A stretch of 32,000 nt of DNA from Candidatus Saccharimonadota bacterium (lineage in GTDB: Bacteria; Patescibacteriota; Saccharimonadia; Saccharimonadales; Saccharimonadaceae): assembly GCA_025349965.1 (NCBI GenBank), contig CP075337.1, positions 210,001-242,000 on the forward strand, given 5' to 3'. Shown in pieces: positions 1 through 7,810 of this stretch (position 1 is its first letter; each line of letters begins with the position of its first letter). The position numbers were made by a program, and so were the translations under genes. Under the pieces are notes generated by a model. That model was not told the DNA's origin. It worked only from the letters and a program-made list of their open reading frames with translations, and did not search any database.

Positions 1-21
1 TAGTTTGTTCTTGTTCCACGG

Positions 22-645
22 CTATTCTCCCTGAATCATTGCGATAGCTTCTTCGCTTGAAATGGCAAGTACCTGTGCGGCCTCAAGTGCTTTGAGCGCA
101 TTTGCTTCATCTGCTTGATTGAGCGCCACGGCCCGGACGGCGTCACGGAGGAGGTAGGTGGTGACGCGCTCGTTACCTGCAAAGTATGTGGCAATATCAA
201 TTCCGGTTGCTTTGACGCAGTAGTCGGTTGCGAGGCCGCCAAGGAAGACGCGAACTGTTTCTTGTGTGTTTCGCGGGGCGATGAGTGTTTCAAGCGTTTC
301 ACCCTTATCGCTGATACCTTCCCATCCAGAGTAGCCGTCGGTGAGTCCAGTGCCTTTCGAGATGATGCTATCCGTTTCTTGGATATCGAGTGTTGATACA
401 AACTCGGCACCTTCTGTACCTGCCACGCAGTGTGATGGCCAGGTGTCAAAGTGGGGTGTCTCGGCAGGGTGCCAATCTCGTGTGAAGGCGACGGTGCCGT
501 CGGTTGAGCGGACCGCTTCGGCAACTTTATTAGTTGGTTCAATGACTTCTGCACCATCCTTTACTGCGAGTGTGCCGGTGATAAAATCGTTTTGAATATC
601 AACGCCAATGAGGACGTTACGGGTGTGAGTGGTGAGTGTTTCCAT
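22..645 (-). CDS. pncA: Nicotinamidase/pyrazinamidase (isochorismatase-like hydrolase)
   Basis: 207-aa ORF. It has the N-terminal LIGVDIQNDF strand, a DWHP...H metal-site region and the LATDYCV catalytic-Cys motif typical of PncA. SD AAGGAG lies 5 nt upstream of the ATG. The gene sits in the NAD salvage cluster. Confidence 0.85.
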   Translation of the reverse strand: METLTTHTRNVLIGVDIQNDFITGTLAVKDGAEVIEPTNKVAEAVRSTDGTVAFTRDWHPAETPHFDTWPSHCVAGTEGAEFVSTLDIQETDSIISKGTGLTDGYSGWEGISDKGETLETLIAPRNTQETVRVFLGGLATDYCVKATGIDIATYFAGNERVTTYLLRDAVRAVALNQADEANALKALEAAQVLAISSEEAIAMIQGE

Positions 646-660
646 AGGGAACTCCTTTAC

Positions 661-681
661 TTAGTGTGTAATCTACACTTT
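661..681. promoter_or_regulatory. Candidate NrtR operator 1 (TTAGTGT-GTAATCT-ACACTTT), between the pncA -10 and SD
   Basis: 21-bp imperfect palindrome with the core AGTGT-N7-ACACT. It is one of six related sites confined to NAD-gene promoter regions. Confidence 0.65.
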
Positions 682-691
682 CTATACTTCA

Positions 692-720
692 ATCATATAC
701 CTATGTTAGTGTTATGTCAA
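692..720 (-). promoter_or_regulatory. pncA promoter (minus strand: TTGACA-17 nt-TATGAT)
   Basis: Read on the minus strand, the -35 TTGACA is the complement of 715-720 and the -10 TATGAT is the complement of 692-697, with a 17-nt spacer. The -35 lies inside operator 2. Confidence 0.55.
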
Positions 721-726
721 CACTAA
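706..726. promoter_or_regulatory. Candidate NrtR operator 2 (TTAGTGT-TATGTCA-ACACTAA), overlapping the pncA -35
   Basis: Perfect 7+7 palindrome with a 7-nt spacer. Its centre is 45 bp from operator 1. Confidence 0.7.
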
Positions 727-738
727 GTACATATAAAA

Positions 739-1776
739 TTAAAGATTGTGACGGTCAAAGAATAGTTCTTTGTATTTTACATAGGCAGATTCATGAGCTG
801 CTGCGAGTGCTTGTGTGAGTCGTTCTGTCTGGTTTGCAGTGTCTAAAATCACATACGGTAAGTCATACTGTTTGCATAATGTAAGCCAGTACTCATCACT
901 GCCTTCGCGTTTATCACCACCGTAGCGGAGTGGATCCGCTTCAAAGGGAATATTACTTTTGGTGATAATATACAGGTCAGATTTGAGCCGTATGGCATCA
1001 TCAATAAGGCCCTGTGGACACGTGCCAATTACTGATTGCCAATGCGGGAAACTCCAGTAGCCAACAGTTGAGAATAAATCGGTATCCTGAACGATAAACG
1101 ACGAGGCGCTGATTATGTTGGCGTGTTCTTGGAGCGCTCGTTGTCCTTGCCAGATTGCAGTCATCGAGCGTGGAGTAATCTCATTAACTGTTTCTTCAAG
1201 GTAGGGGCGGGCATACTCGAAAAGCCATGTTGCATTGAGCGCCTGTGCGAGTTCGCGAGATAGTGTTGTCTTCCCTGTTGACTCAGCACCAAAGACGGTA
1301 ATGCGTGTGCGTAGATATGGCTGGAATTCGGGAATAATATTGGCAAAATGTGCAGAAGGATTGTTCCGAATTGGTGTTCCCTTTGCCGAGTTGATAGTGC
1401 GGTCAATATCATAGGGAAAGAATTCGGTGCCAGTAATTTCAGCAAGCTTCTTGCCGTACCGTTCACTTGCGACAATAATGTCTTGGCCCGTGATGCCGAA
1501 GTCAACGAGCATAGTGCGCCACATATCCCAAAAGCCAGGCGCAGAAGGATTCTGCTCAATGGCTTTATCATAGTGGATGAGCGTAACTCGCTTTCCCATG
1601 CCGGTACGTTCGATTGCTTGCTTCAGGGCTGCAACACGTTCTGTGGGAAACGGTTCGTGTGGTTGTGTGTTGATAATCGCAACGACGCCATCCGCGGCAA
1701 GGCTATTCGCGAACTGCAGCAGTTGCAAGTGGCCGGTTGTTGGCGGCATCGCCGTCAAAAGTACGAAGGCTTTCAT
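739..1776 (-). CDS. nadR: Bifunctional NMN adenylyltransferase / ribosylnicotinamide kinase (NadR-type, no HTH domain evident)
   Basis: 345-aa ORF. The N-terminus has the nucleotidyltransferase signature PPTTGH. The C-terminal half has the Walker A motif GAESTGKTT typical of the NadR RNK domain. SD AAAGGAG precedes the ATG. The gene lies downstream of pnuC. Confidence 0.8.
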   Translation of the reverse strand: MKAFVLLTAMPPTTGHLQLLQFANSLAADGVVAIINTQPHEPFPTERVAALKQAIERTGMGKRVTLIHYDKAIEQNPSAPGFWDMWRTMLVDFGITGQDIIVASERYGKKLAEITGTEFFPYDIDRTINSAKGTPIRNNPSAHFANIIPEFQPYLRTRITVFGAESTGKTTLSRELAQALNATWLFEYARPYLEETVNEITPRSMTAIWQGQRALQEHANIISASSFIVQDTDLFSTVGYWSFPHWQSVIGTCPQGLIDDAIRLKSDLYIITKSNIPFEADPLRYGGDKREGSDEYWLTLCKQYDLPYVILDTANQTERLTQALAAAHESAYVKYKELFFDRHNL

Positions 1777-2455
1777 GTGTAAGGCTCCTTTTCCAGGTTA
1801 TGTATCCGTAAACTGTATTTGCGAGGAAGAAAACGTATTGGAAGGCAACGAGTGGTAGTCCACTTGTCGCGTAGGTGTAAATGGCAAAGATGTTAACGAG
1901 TGCCCAAATAATCCATGTCTCCAGCTTTTTGTTATCAAGCAGGAATTGTGCCAAGATTGTTCCAACGAGAATGATGCCATCGGTCCAGGCCATCGCGCCA
2001 CCAAAAGCCTGGCTAATGAGTACTGCTCCAGTGTAGCCGGCGAGCGTGATAAGCGCGTAAAGGGGAAGTGTTTTGAGTCGAATGTGTGTTACGGGGCGAG
2101 TATTGGCATCTTTGCGCCAGCGGAACCAGCCATACACAAGCGTTGGGATGAGGTATGCATTAAGAATTGCACTTGCGAATAGGCCGTTCTGTAGAAAGAG
2201 GATGGCATATGCTGCGGAAGTGATGACGCCGATAGGGTAATTTATGCGACGCTCTTTTACGCAAAGGTACGTACAGCTGTATGAAGTGAAGACGGCAAAT
2301 ACCTCAAGTAGATTGAGGGACTCTGTTGTAATCCAGCCGCAGAGTATCCCTACGATATATGACATAAGAGTGAGCGTAATGCCAATACCAATACTTTCAG
2401 CAATATCGCGTTTGGCGGTTGTGCGGGTGGGTGATATAAGTTTTTTCCAGTTCAT
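1703..2455 (-). CDS. pnuC: Nicotinamide riboside transporter PnuC
   Basis: 250-aa polytopic membrane protein with W/R-rich loop motifs (WFRWRK, GYITWKR) characteristic of PnuC. It lies directly upstream of nadR, and its 3' end overlaps the nadR start by 74 nt. Confidence 0.8.
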   Translation of the reverse strand: MNWKKLISPTRTTAKRDIAESIGIGITLTLMSYIVGILCGWITTESLNLLEVFAVFTSYSCTYLCVKERRINYPIGVITSAAYAILFLQNGLFASAILNAYLIPTLVYGWFRWRKDANTRPVTHIRLKTLPLYALITLAGYTGAVLISQAFGGAMAWTDGIILVGTILAQFLLDNKKLETWIIWALVNIFAIYTYATSGLPLVAFQYVFFLANTVYGYITWKRSLTHESLRTFDGDAANNRPLATAAVRE

Positions 2456-2473
2456 ATGGAGCTCCTTTATTAC

Positions 2474-2494
2474 TTAGTGTGTAAAATACACTTT
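2474..2494. promoter_or_regulatory. Candidate NrtR operator 3 (TTAGTGT-GTAAAAT-ACACTTT), between the pnuC -10 and SD
   Basis: Same half-sites as operator 1. It is embedded in a roughly 80-bp module that is near-duplicated between the pncA and pnuC upstream regions. Confidence 0.65.
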
Positions 2495-2502
2495 CTATCT
2501 TC

Positions 2503-2531
2503 ACAATACACCCACCTTAGTGTCGTGTCAA
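2503..2531 (-). promoter_or_regulatory. pnuC-nadR promoter (minus strand: TTGACA-17 nt-TATTGT)
   Basis: The -35 TTGACA is the complement of 2526-2531 and the -10 TATTGT is the complement of 2503-2508, with a 17-nt spacer. The -35 lies inside operator 4. Confidence 0.55.
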
Positions 2532-2537
2532 CACTAT
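2517..2537. promoter_or_regulatory. Candidate NrtR operator 4 (TTAGTGT-CGTGTCA-ACACTAT)
   Basis: 21-bp palindrome with its centre 43 bp from operator 3. It also abuts a plus-strand TGTACA-17-TATAGT promoter candidate (2537-2565) for the divergent phosphatase gene. Confidence 0.65.
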
Positions 2538-2592
2538 GTACATACTAAAAATGCCATGCTATAGTAACAACAGAGAAAGGAATCTTATCATT

Positions 2593-3408
2593 ATGGCTAT
2601 GCCCACCCACCTCATTTTCGTTCGTCACGGTCAGTCCGAGGCGAATATTGTTCAGAAACGTGACGATCACGGAGTCGACCCAACGATAACAGCTGCGTTG
2701 TTTGGCCGCCCTGACTGGCAACATCGTTTAAGCGCACTTGGAATCACTCAGGCGCAGAATGCGGGCGAGTGGATACGTGATAATATTGGAGAATTTAGCG
2801 AGTTTGATGCGCTTTATGTTTCGCCCTTCTTCCGTACACGAGAGACGGCATCATACCTTGGTGGAGCCGAGTTGGAGGGTTGGACGATTGATGACCGCAT
2901 TGTAGAACGGAGCTGGGGTGTCTACGGGAAAATGCCTCGCGCCGAACAGCGCTCGCAGTTCCCGCTCACGGCGGCCGAAAAAGCGGCTAATCCTTGGTAT
3001 ACGCGTCTTGATGGTGGCGAAAGTATGCCGGATGTCTACGCGCGCTTCCGCGATTTTCAGGGGACGCTTCACCGCGAGCAGGCGGATAAGCGCGTACTAG
3101 TGGTGTCTCATGGTGATTTTATTAACGCCGCCCGGTATGGGGTTGAACGTATGATGCCCGAAGAATGGGAACGGCTTGATGATGACGGAAAATATACTAT
3201 TCGTAATTGCACAATCTTGCAGTATACCCGCGAAAACCCAAATGACCCTACGGATGTACGTGAAAAAATCCGTTGGCGTCGGTATATTTATCCTGATGCG
3301 CCACATGAGTCGCCAGATGGTGGTGAATGGGTGGAGCTGTCAGAGCGCCGTCGGTACAGTGGTGCGGATTTGTTGGCACAGGCTGAGCAATCGAAGAATC
3401 TTATTTAA
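2593..3408 (+). CDS. Histidine phosphatase family protein (phosphoglycerate-mutase-like), substrate unknown
   Basis: The track ORF is 2536-3408. The likely start is the ATG at 2593 (MAMPTHLIFVRHGQSE), which has an AGAAAGGA SD. The RHG catalytic motif and a downstream SHG motif are present. The gene is divergent from pnuC. Confidence 0.8.
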   Translation: MAMPTHLIFVRHGQSEANIVQKRDDHGVDPTITAALFGRPDWQHRLSALGITQAQNAGEWIRDNIGEFSEFDALYVSPFFRTRETASYLGGAELEGWTIDDRIVERSWGVYGKMPRAEQRSQFPLTAAEKAANPWYTRLDGGESMPDVYARFRDFQGTLHREQADKRVLVVSHGDFINAARYGVERMMPEEWERLDDDGKYTIRNCTILQYTRENPNDPTDVREKIRWRRYIYPDAPHESPDGGEWVELSERRRYSGADLLAQAEQSKNLI

Positions 3409-3480
3409 TCAAAACTTTGCTGGGGTTGGGCGGGCTTAGTAATCTTGCTATTCATTATTGAATATGTAAAAATTAGGTCA

Positions 3481-3780
3481 ATGAAACAGCGTAAAATAAA
3501 CAACTGGAAGGTCATCACAGGCACTATCCTCATTGTGCTGTCGCCACTGATTGTCTTTCTTGTCGAGAGGTTTGCGTCAAAGACGTGTTATCAGTGGACA
3601 GGGCGCGGATGGGAGATCGACCCGGGCTGGTGCAAATACGTATTCGTAGAGGGGCTTACTGATTCGTCTTTTGGGGGCATGATAGGCCACGTCTGGTTTA
3701 TAGGTCTCATGGCGGCGGCACTTACGATTGTGGTCGGCTTTCTCCTCATTCTCGCCGGTCAGCCTCGCATGAAGAAGTAG
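3481..3780 (+). CDS. Small membrane protein, unknown function
   Basis: The track ORF is 3445-3780. The ATG at 3481 gives MKQRKINNWKV followed by a hydrophobic helix, and a second helix lies near the C-terminus. I recognised no homology. Confidence 0.45.
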   Translation: MKQRKINNWKVITGTILIVLSPLIVFLVERFASKTCYQWTGRGWEIDPGWCKYVFVEGLTDSSFGGMIGHVWFIGLMAAALTIVVGFLLILAGQPRMKK

Positions 3781-3825
3781 GCTGAATAATTGCGGTGGGA
3801 CTCGCGGAAGGCTCGAAATGGAAAT

Positions 3826-3849
3826 GGGGCGGTGATTTCTCACCGCCCC
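3826..3849. terminator. Bidirectional hairpin between convergent genes
   Basis: GGGGCGGTGA-TTTC-TCACCGCCCC is a perfect 10-bp stem. T-rich sequence follows on the plus strand and ATTTCCATTT follows on the minus strand. Confidence 0.6.
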
Positions 3850-3861
3850 TTAGCTCCTTTT

Positions 3862-5520
3862 CTACTGCATCAGGATCTCAAACATGGTTCCATAGCCCAT
3901 TTCGTGTCCAGTCGGCGTTGGATGGAGACTCTCGGGAAGTGCCACCGTGTTTGGTGTCCAAATACCACCGTTGGGATGAACGTCGTTAATCCACGGAGTT
4001 CCAGAGGAGCACAGTTCGTGTCCACCAAACATTGCGGGCACGAACGTAGCGTCAGTGCCGAGTAGTTGGGCTTCTTGAGCACTATCCTCGATGACCTCAT
4101 TGAGGTCATCCGCCGCGGAATTCAACCACTGCGCATCGGCGTACGAGACCGCTGCTAGCCATGGCAGATTGCACTGGGCACCGCCCGGTGCACTGCTTGA
4201 CGTCGTGAAATAGCTCTTGTTCCCTCCGAACAGATTCGGGTAGCCGGCGATGTAGATTTTCGCGTTGGGCGCCGCCGAATGGATTGCTGCGATCACGTCA
4301 GAAATGGCGTGGACGGTGCGACTCTGGCTCGTACGACCATCGAATTGAGTGACTGTACCTGGGGCGGTCCCTGCAAGCGCAGCAATCTTGTTCTCGACGC
4401 TATTAACGAGATTCGTGTCGTTCGCACAGTCGAAGCCGCTCAGCGAGCCATTGATTGACTGAACACAAGCACGCAATACATCCGCAAACCCAACGTCATT
4501 GCCGCCAATCGTGAGGGTCACAACCTTGGTGTCCGTGGTCAGGTATTCCGGCTGGCGCTTCCAGTCGTAGCTCGCGTTGAAGAAATCATCCGTCATCGCA
4601 CCTGAGCAGGCGCCCATGGCAGGTGTCCCCAGGTCAAGCACATTGGCAAGGTAGTACGCGTACGCATCACTTGATCGGTGACAAAAGCCCCCGTCGATGT
4701 CGTAGTTGTACGACCCTTCCCCTGAGCTGTAGGAATCCCCGAGTGCGACGTACTCTTCTCCCGCTGTCGTAAAGACGAAGGAGTCGTAGTCGTATGGCTC
4801 AGACTCGCACGTTGCGCGGAGCGAATACGTCATGCCAGGCGAGTGGAACCAATTATTCATGCCCGGAACCAGATCCAAGTCATACTTCCATTTTCCATTG
4901 GCGTCGGCACTGACATAGCTGACTGAATCGACAATGAATTGCATGCCGGTCGAAGTCCACATCGCTTGACTCGAGAAGAGCTCAAGGCGAACGCTACTCA
5001 ATGGGTCGCATGGCCGTATGGATTGAAAATGGGCAGCGCCCTGCCAGTGTGTCTTGTCCACAGTGATTTCCGGGGTCTGGCCAATGATAGTGATTGGAAC
5101 CGGATCATAGGCCTGGACAACCTGAAACGTTGATCCCACCATCTTGGTGCAAACAACCTCAACGGTTGCGGCTCCAAGCGGTGCATCCTCGGGAATCACC
5201 AGTATGCCGACGTTCCAGATACCACCTCCGTTGTGAATGTATGAGCCAATATCGAGGTGGTCGCCGTAATACGAACCAATCGGATCACCGTTTGCGTCCC
5301 GAAGGTACGCTCGGACATGCATTCCATTCGTGTTTGACACGACTGGGCAAGGGTTGACCTCAATCACCTGGACAGCTTCGCCCGGCTGGACACGATCATA
5401 GGCGAGCGTTACCTGATTTCCGAGCGCCTGAGCTCCGGATGGAGCGATGGCGAGAGCAAGGAGTACGACGACAGCAGAAATAGCTGCCATCACACTTCTT
5501 CGTTTCAGACGTGAACGCAT
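3862..5520 (-). CDS. Secreted SGNH/GDSL-family hydrolase (lipase/esterase-like) with an N-terminal two-repeat beta-rich region
   Basis: 552 aa. The signal peptide is MRSRLKRRSVMAAISAVVVLLALAIAPSGAQA. The C-terminal half carries block I GDSYSSG, block III GGND and a terminal HP..TG block. The gene looks GC-richer than its neighbours. Confidence 0.8.
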   Translation of the reverse strand: MRSRLKRRSVMAAISAVVVLLALAIAPSGAQALGNQVTLAYDRVQPGEAVQVIEVNPCPVVSNTNGMHVRAYLRDANGDPIGSYYGDHLDIGSYIHNGGGIWNVGILVIPEDAPLGAATVEVVCTKMVGSTFQVVQAYDPVPITIIGQTPEITVDKTHWQGAAHFQSIRPCDPLSSVRLELFSSQAMWTSTGMQFIVDSVSYVSADANGKWKYDLDLVPGMNNWFHSPGMTYSLRATCESEPYDYDSFVFTTAGEEYVALGDSYSSGEGSYNYDIDGGFCHRSSDAYAYYLANVLDLGTPAMGACSGAMTDDFFNASYDWKRQPEYLTTDTKVVTLTIGGNDVGFADVLRACVQSINGSLSGFDCANDTNLVNSVENKIAALAGTAPGTVTQFDGRTSQSRTVHAISDVIAAIHSAAPNAKIYIAGYPNLFGGNKSYFTTSSSAPGGAQCNLPWLAAVSYADAQWLNSAADDLNEVIEDSAQEAQLLGTDATFVPAMFGGHELCSSGTPWINDVHPNGGIWTPNTVALPESLHPTPTGHEMGYGTMFEILMQ

Positions 5521-5578
5521 GAGCGTCTCACTTTCTACTAGGAGTTAAGGAGCGTGGAACGGTCGTTCCACCGCACTC

Positions 5579-5607
5579 TTTATGAAGCAAAACGCCTTCA
5601 GTGTCAA
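5579..5607 (-). promoter_or_regulatory. Candidate promoter of the SGNH hydrolase gene (TTGACA-17 nt-CATAAA)
   Basis: On the minus strand, tandem TTGACA hexamers are the complements of 5610-5615 and 5602-5607. The proximal one is 17 nt from CATAAA (complement of 5579-5584). A 7-bp hairpin (5554-5571) lies in the predicted 5' UTR. Confidence 0.4.
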
Positions 5608-5619
5608 GGTGTCAATGAT

Positions 5620-6297
5620 CTAATCAAAGCTTCGTTCAAGCGCCTGAAGCTTACTGCTCTTAAACTTATAAAGCTTTGCTGGCCGATGCGCACCATCACG
5701 CCATAGCTCATCTGTTTCATCAATCAAGTCAAGTGAGAGGAACTTCTTGCGGAAGTTACGCTTGTCGAACTCGCGGTCGAAGATAATTTCGTAGGCAGAC
5801 TGAAGCTGGGTGAGGGTAAAGCGCGGAGCTAAGAAAGCTGACACCGCATTGGTGTAGGTGAGTTTTGCCTTAAGACGCTCATGCGCGTAGCGGATAATAT
5901 TGGCATGGTCATATGCTAGTTCAGGGAGATTATTGACTGCCATGAATGCAGTGTGTGAGCTGGCATCACGAACGATTATGTCACGGCCACAGCCCATGTA
6001 AGTTACAGAAACGGCGTGTCCGCGTGGGTCGCGGTCAACGGTATCAAATGTATAAAGCTGCTCAATATAAGCAAGGTCTTTTTCAGTATCAACGCCCGCT
6101 TTTTGCTCGACGATACGGTGAAGGGCATGATGAGTTGTTTCGCCTACTGCGTTATAGCCACCAGGAAGTGCCCAAGAGCCTTTAAAAGGATCGTTGGCGC
6201 GCTTTACAAGAAGCACTTCAAGTACACCGTTAGAGATTTGAAAAATAACGGCGTCAACGGTAAGCGTTGGTGCGATGTACGGCTTCGTGTAATCCAT
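5620..6297 (-). CDS. nrtR: Nudix-related transcriptional regulator of NAD metabolism (NrtR family)
   Basis: 225 aa. The N-terminal Nudix fold has a degenerate Nudix box (GYNAVGETTHHALHRIVEQKAGV), in which the REUxEE glutamates are replaced. The C-terminal region (FTLTQLQSAYEIIFDREFDKRNFRKKF) matches the NrtR winged-helix signature as I remember it. The gene is last in the nadE operon. Confidence 0.8.
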   Translation of the reverse strand: MDYTKPYIAPTLTVDAVIFQISNGVLEVLLVKRANDPFKGSWALPGGYNAVGETTHHALHRIVEQKAGVDTEKDLAYIEQLYTFDTVDRDPRGHAVSVTYMGCGRDIIVRDASSHTAFMAVNNLPELAYDHANIIRYAHERLKAKLTYTNAVSAFLAPRFTLTQLQSAYEIIFDREFDKRNFRKKFLSLDLIDETDELWRDGAHRPAKLYKFKSSKLQALERSFD

Positions 6298-6300
6298 ACC

Positions 6301-6924
6301 TTAAGTATACTCGGCGATAACGTTTTTTCCAACGAAGTGCACGGTGTGTCCATCCTCTTGTGTCTGGATGGCTGTTAAGCTGACATTGCCGGTAATTTCA
6401 TCAAGAATATCTTGCTTGCTGAAGTTACGAATTTTCCCAGCCAGTGAACGAATTGCTAGGCCGTGACTAAAGACAAGAATTGCCCCTTCTGGATGAGCGT
6501 GGGTCTGCTCTTCTATAAAATCAAACATCCGCGCCTGAACGTCAAGCAGTGATTCGCCACCTGGAAATTTCCCGTGATCGGTGGTGATTTCATACTTTTC
6601 AATGTTTGCTGGGGTATAGATGGTGGTACGCAGAAGGCCTTCGCATTCTCCTTGTGACATTTCTAATACACGACTATCTTGAGTAATCGGTAGTTTAATA
6701 TCGGTTTGTGCGAGAGCAATGCGAGCGGTTTCATCGGCACGGACAGCTCCGGAGCTGAAGATAGCGTCAGGTGAAAGATCCTCTTCGGCGAGGTAATGCC
6801 CGAAGGCCTTGGCCTGCTTTTTGCCAAGCTCGGTGAGCGGTATATGATTACTTTGGCCGCAGATGTATTCAGGGGTTTGGTTGGCGGTTGCTTCGCCATG
6901 GCGCACAAATAGGAATGTCGTCAT
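6301..6924 (-). CDS. Histidine phosphatase family protein (second copy), substrate unknown
   Basis: 207 aa. It has MTTFLFVRHGEATAN (RHG motif) and a later FSHG motif. It lies 12 nt downstream of nadE and 3 nt upstream of nrtR. Confidence 0.8.
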   Translation of the reverse strand: MTTFLFVRHGEATANQTPEYICGQSNHIPLTELGKKQAKAFGHYLAEEDLSPDAIFSSGAVRADETARIALAQTDIKLPITQDSRVLEMSQGECEGLLRTTIYTPANIEKYEITTDHGKFPGGESLLDVQARMFDFIEEQTHAHPEGAILVFSHGLAIRSLAGKIRNFSKQDILDEITGNVSLTAIQTQEDGHTVHFVGKNVIAEYT

Positions 6925-6936
6925 AGTGTTAGTATA

Positions 6937-7776
6937 TCAATATCCAACTGGCAATGAGCGTTTATGGGCGGTGTTAAGATAGCGCGCTTCAATAGATTGT
7001 GCAACTTCTTCGCTAACAGGCTTTCCTTCAAGGTAGTCATCGAGCAAGTCATACTTAATACCAAGCTCCGTTTCGTCGGCTTGCCCAGGCGTTGCATCTA
7101 ATAAGTCTGCTGTCGGCGGTTTTGTAATAAGATGCTCTGGTGCGCCGAGCTCTCTTAGCAATGCTTTCCCTTGGCGCTTGGTGAGTCCAGAGAGGGGGAG
7201 AATATCCGCGCCGCCGTCGCCGTATTTCGTATAGAATCCAGTGACTGCTTCGGCTGCGTGGTCGGTGCCGATAACGAGCAGGTTTTGATCACCAGCCAGT
7301 GCGTATTGCGCAATCATTCGCATGCGTGCCTTTACATTTCCTTTATCAAAATCTTTGAGAGAGTGGCCTTCTGTGGCTTCAAAAGTTTCCGCAAAAGCAT
7401 CCACGCCCGGTTGAATATTGAAATCATGCATGACGTCTGGCTGAATAAATTCGCAGGCGGCAAGCGCATCGTCACGGTCGGCTTGCGAACCGTACGGCAA
7501 GAGCATAGCGTGAAAGGTTGTGTCGTTTCCATCGGCGCGGTTCATTTCAACAGCCCTCTGAGCAAGTACACCGGCAAGAAGTGAATCTTGCCCGCCAGAT
7601 ATGCCAAGAGTGAAGCCGCGTAATCCAGACTGAGCCAAATACTGGGCGAGAAAAGTAGTCCGTTGTTCAATCTCGTGACTGGGGTCAATCTCGGGCTTGA
7701 CGTCTAACTCGCGTATAATTCGTTGTTGCATGGAGGGGTGTTCATTCATAATGCCAACTTTCTTATTGTTGTTCAT
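6937..7776 (-). CDS. nadE: NH3-dependent NAD+ synthetase
   Basis: PP-loop motif GISGGQDS, with an NadE-like sequence throughout. The track start is 7776. The internal ATG at 7749 ([12 protein letters not shown]) has a better purine-rich SD and would place operator 6 upstream of the CDS. Confidence 0.9.
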   Translation of the reverse strand: MNNNKKVGIMNEHPSMQQRIIRELDVKPEIDPSHEIEQRTTFLAQYLAQSGLRGFTLGISGGQDSLLAGVLAQRAVEMNRADGNDTTFHAMLLPYGSQADRDDALAACEFIQPDVMHDFNIQPGVDAFAETFEATEGHSLKDFDKGNVKARMRMIAQYALAGDQNLLVIGTDHAAEAVTGFYTKYGDGGADILPLSGLTKRQGKALLRELGAPEHLITKPPTADLLDATPGQADETELGIKYDLLDDYLEGKPVSEEVAQSIEARYLNTAHKRSLPVGY

Positions 7777-7783
7777 ACACTAA
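7763..7783. promoter_or_regulatory. Candidate NrtR operator 6 (TTATTGT-TGTTCAT-ACACTAA)
   Basis: 21-bp palindrome with one half-site mismatch. It lies in the nadE/nadD divergent region, with its centre 48 bp from operator 5. Confidence 0.55.
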
Positions 7784-7810
7784 CAGTGCTATACTTAGGG
7801 TATATCAAAG

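Noticed and set aside
5554-5571. Hairpin GTGGAAC-GGTC-GTTCCAC as the nrtR terminator.
   Set aside because: No U-tract follows on the minus strand. It lies downstream of the candidate SGNH promoter, so it more likely belongs to that gene's 5' UTR. Its function is undetermined.
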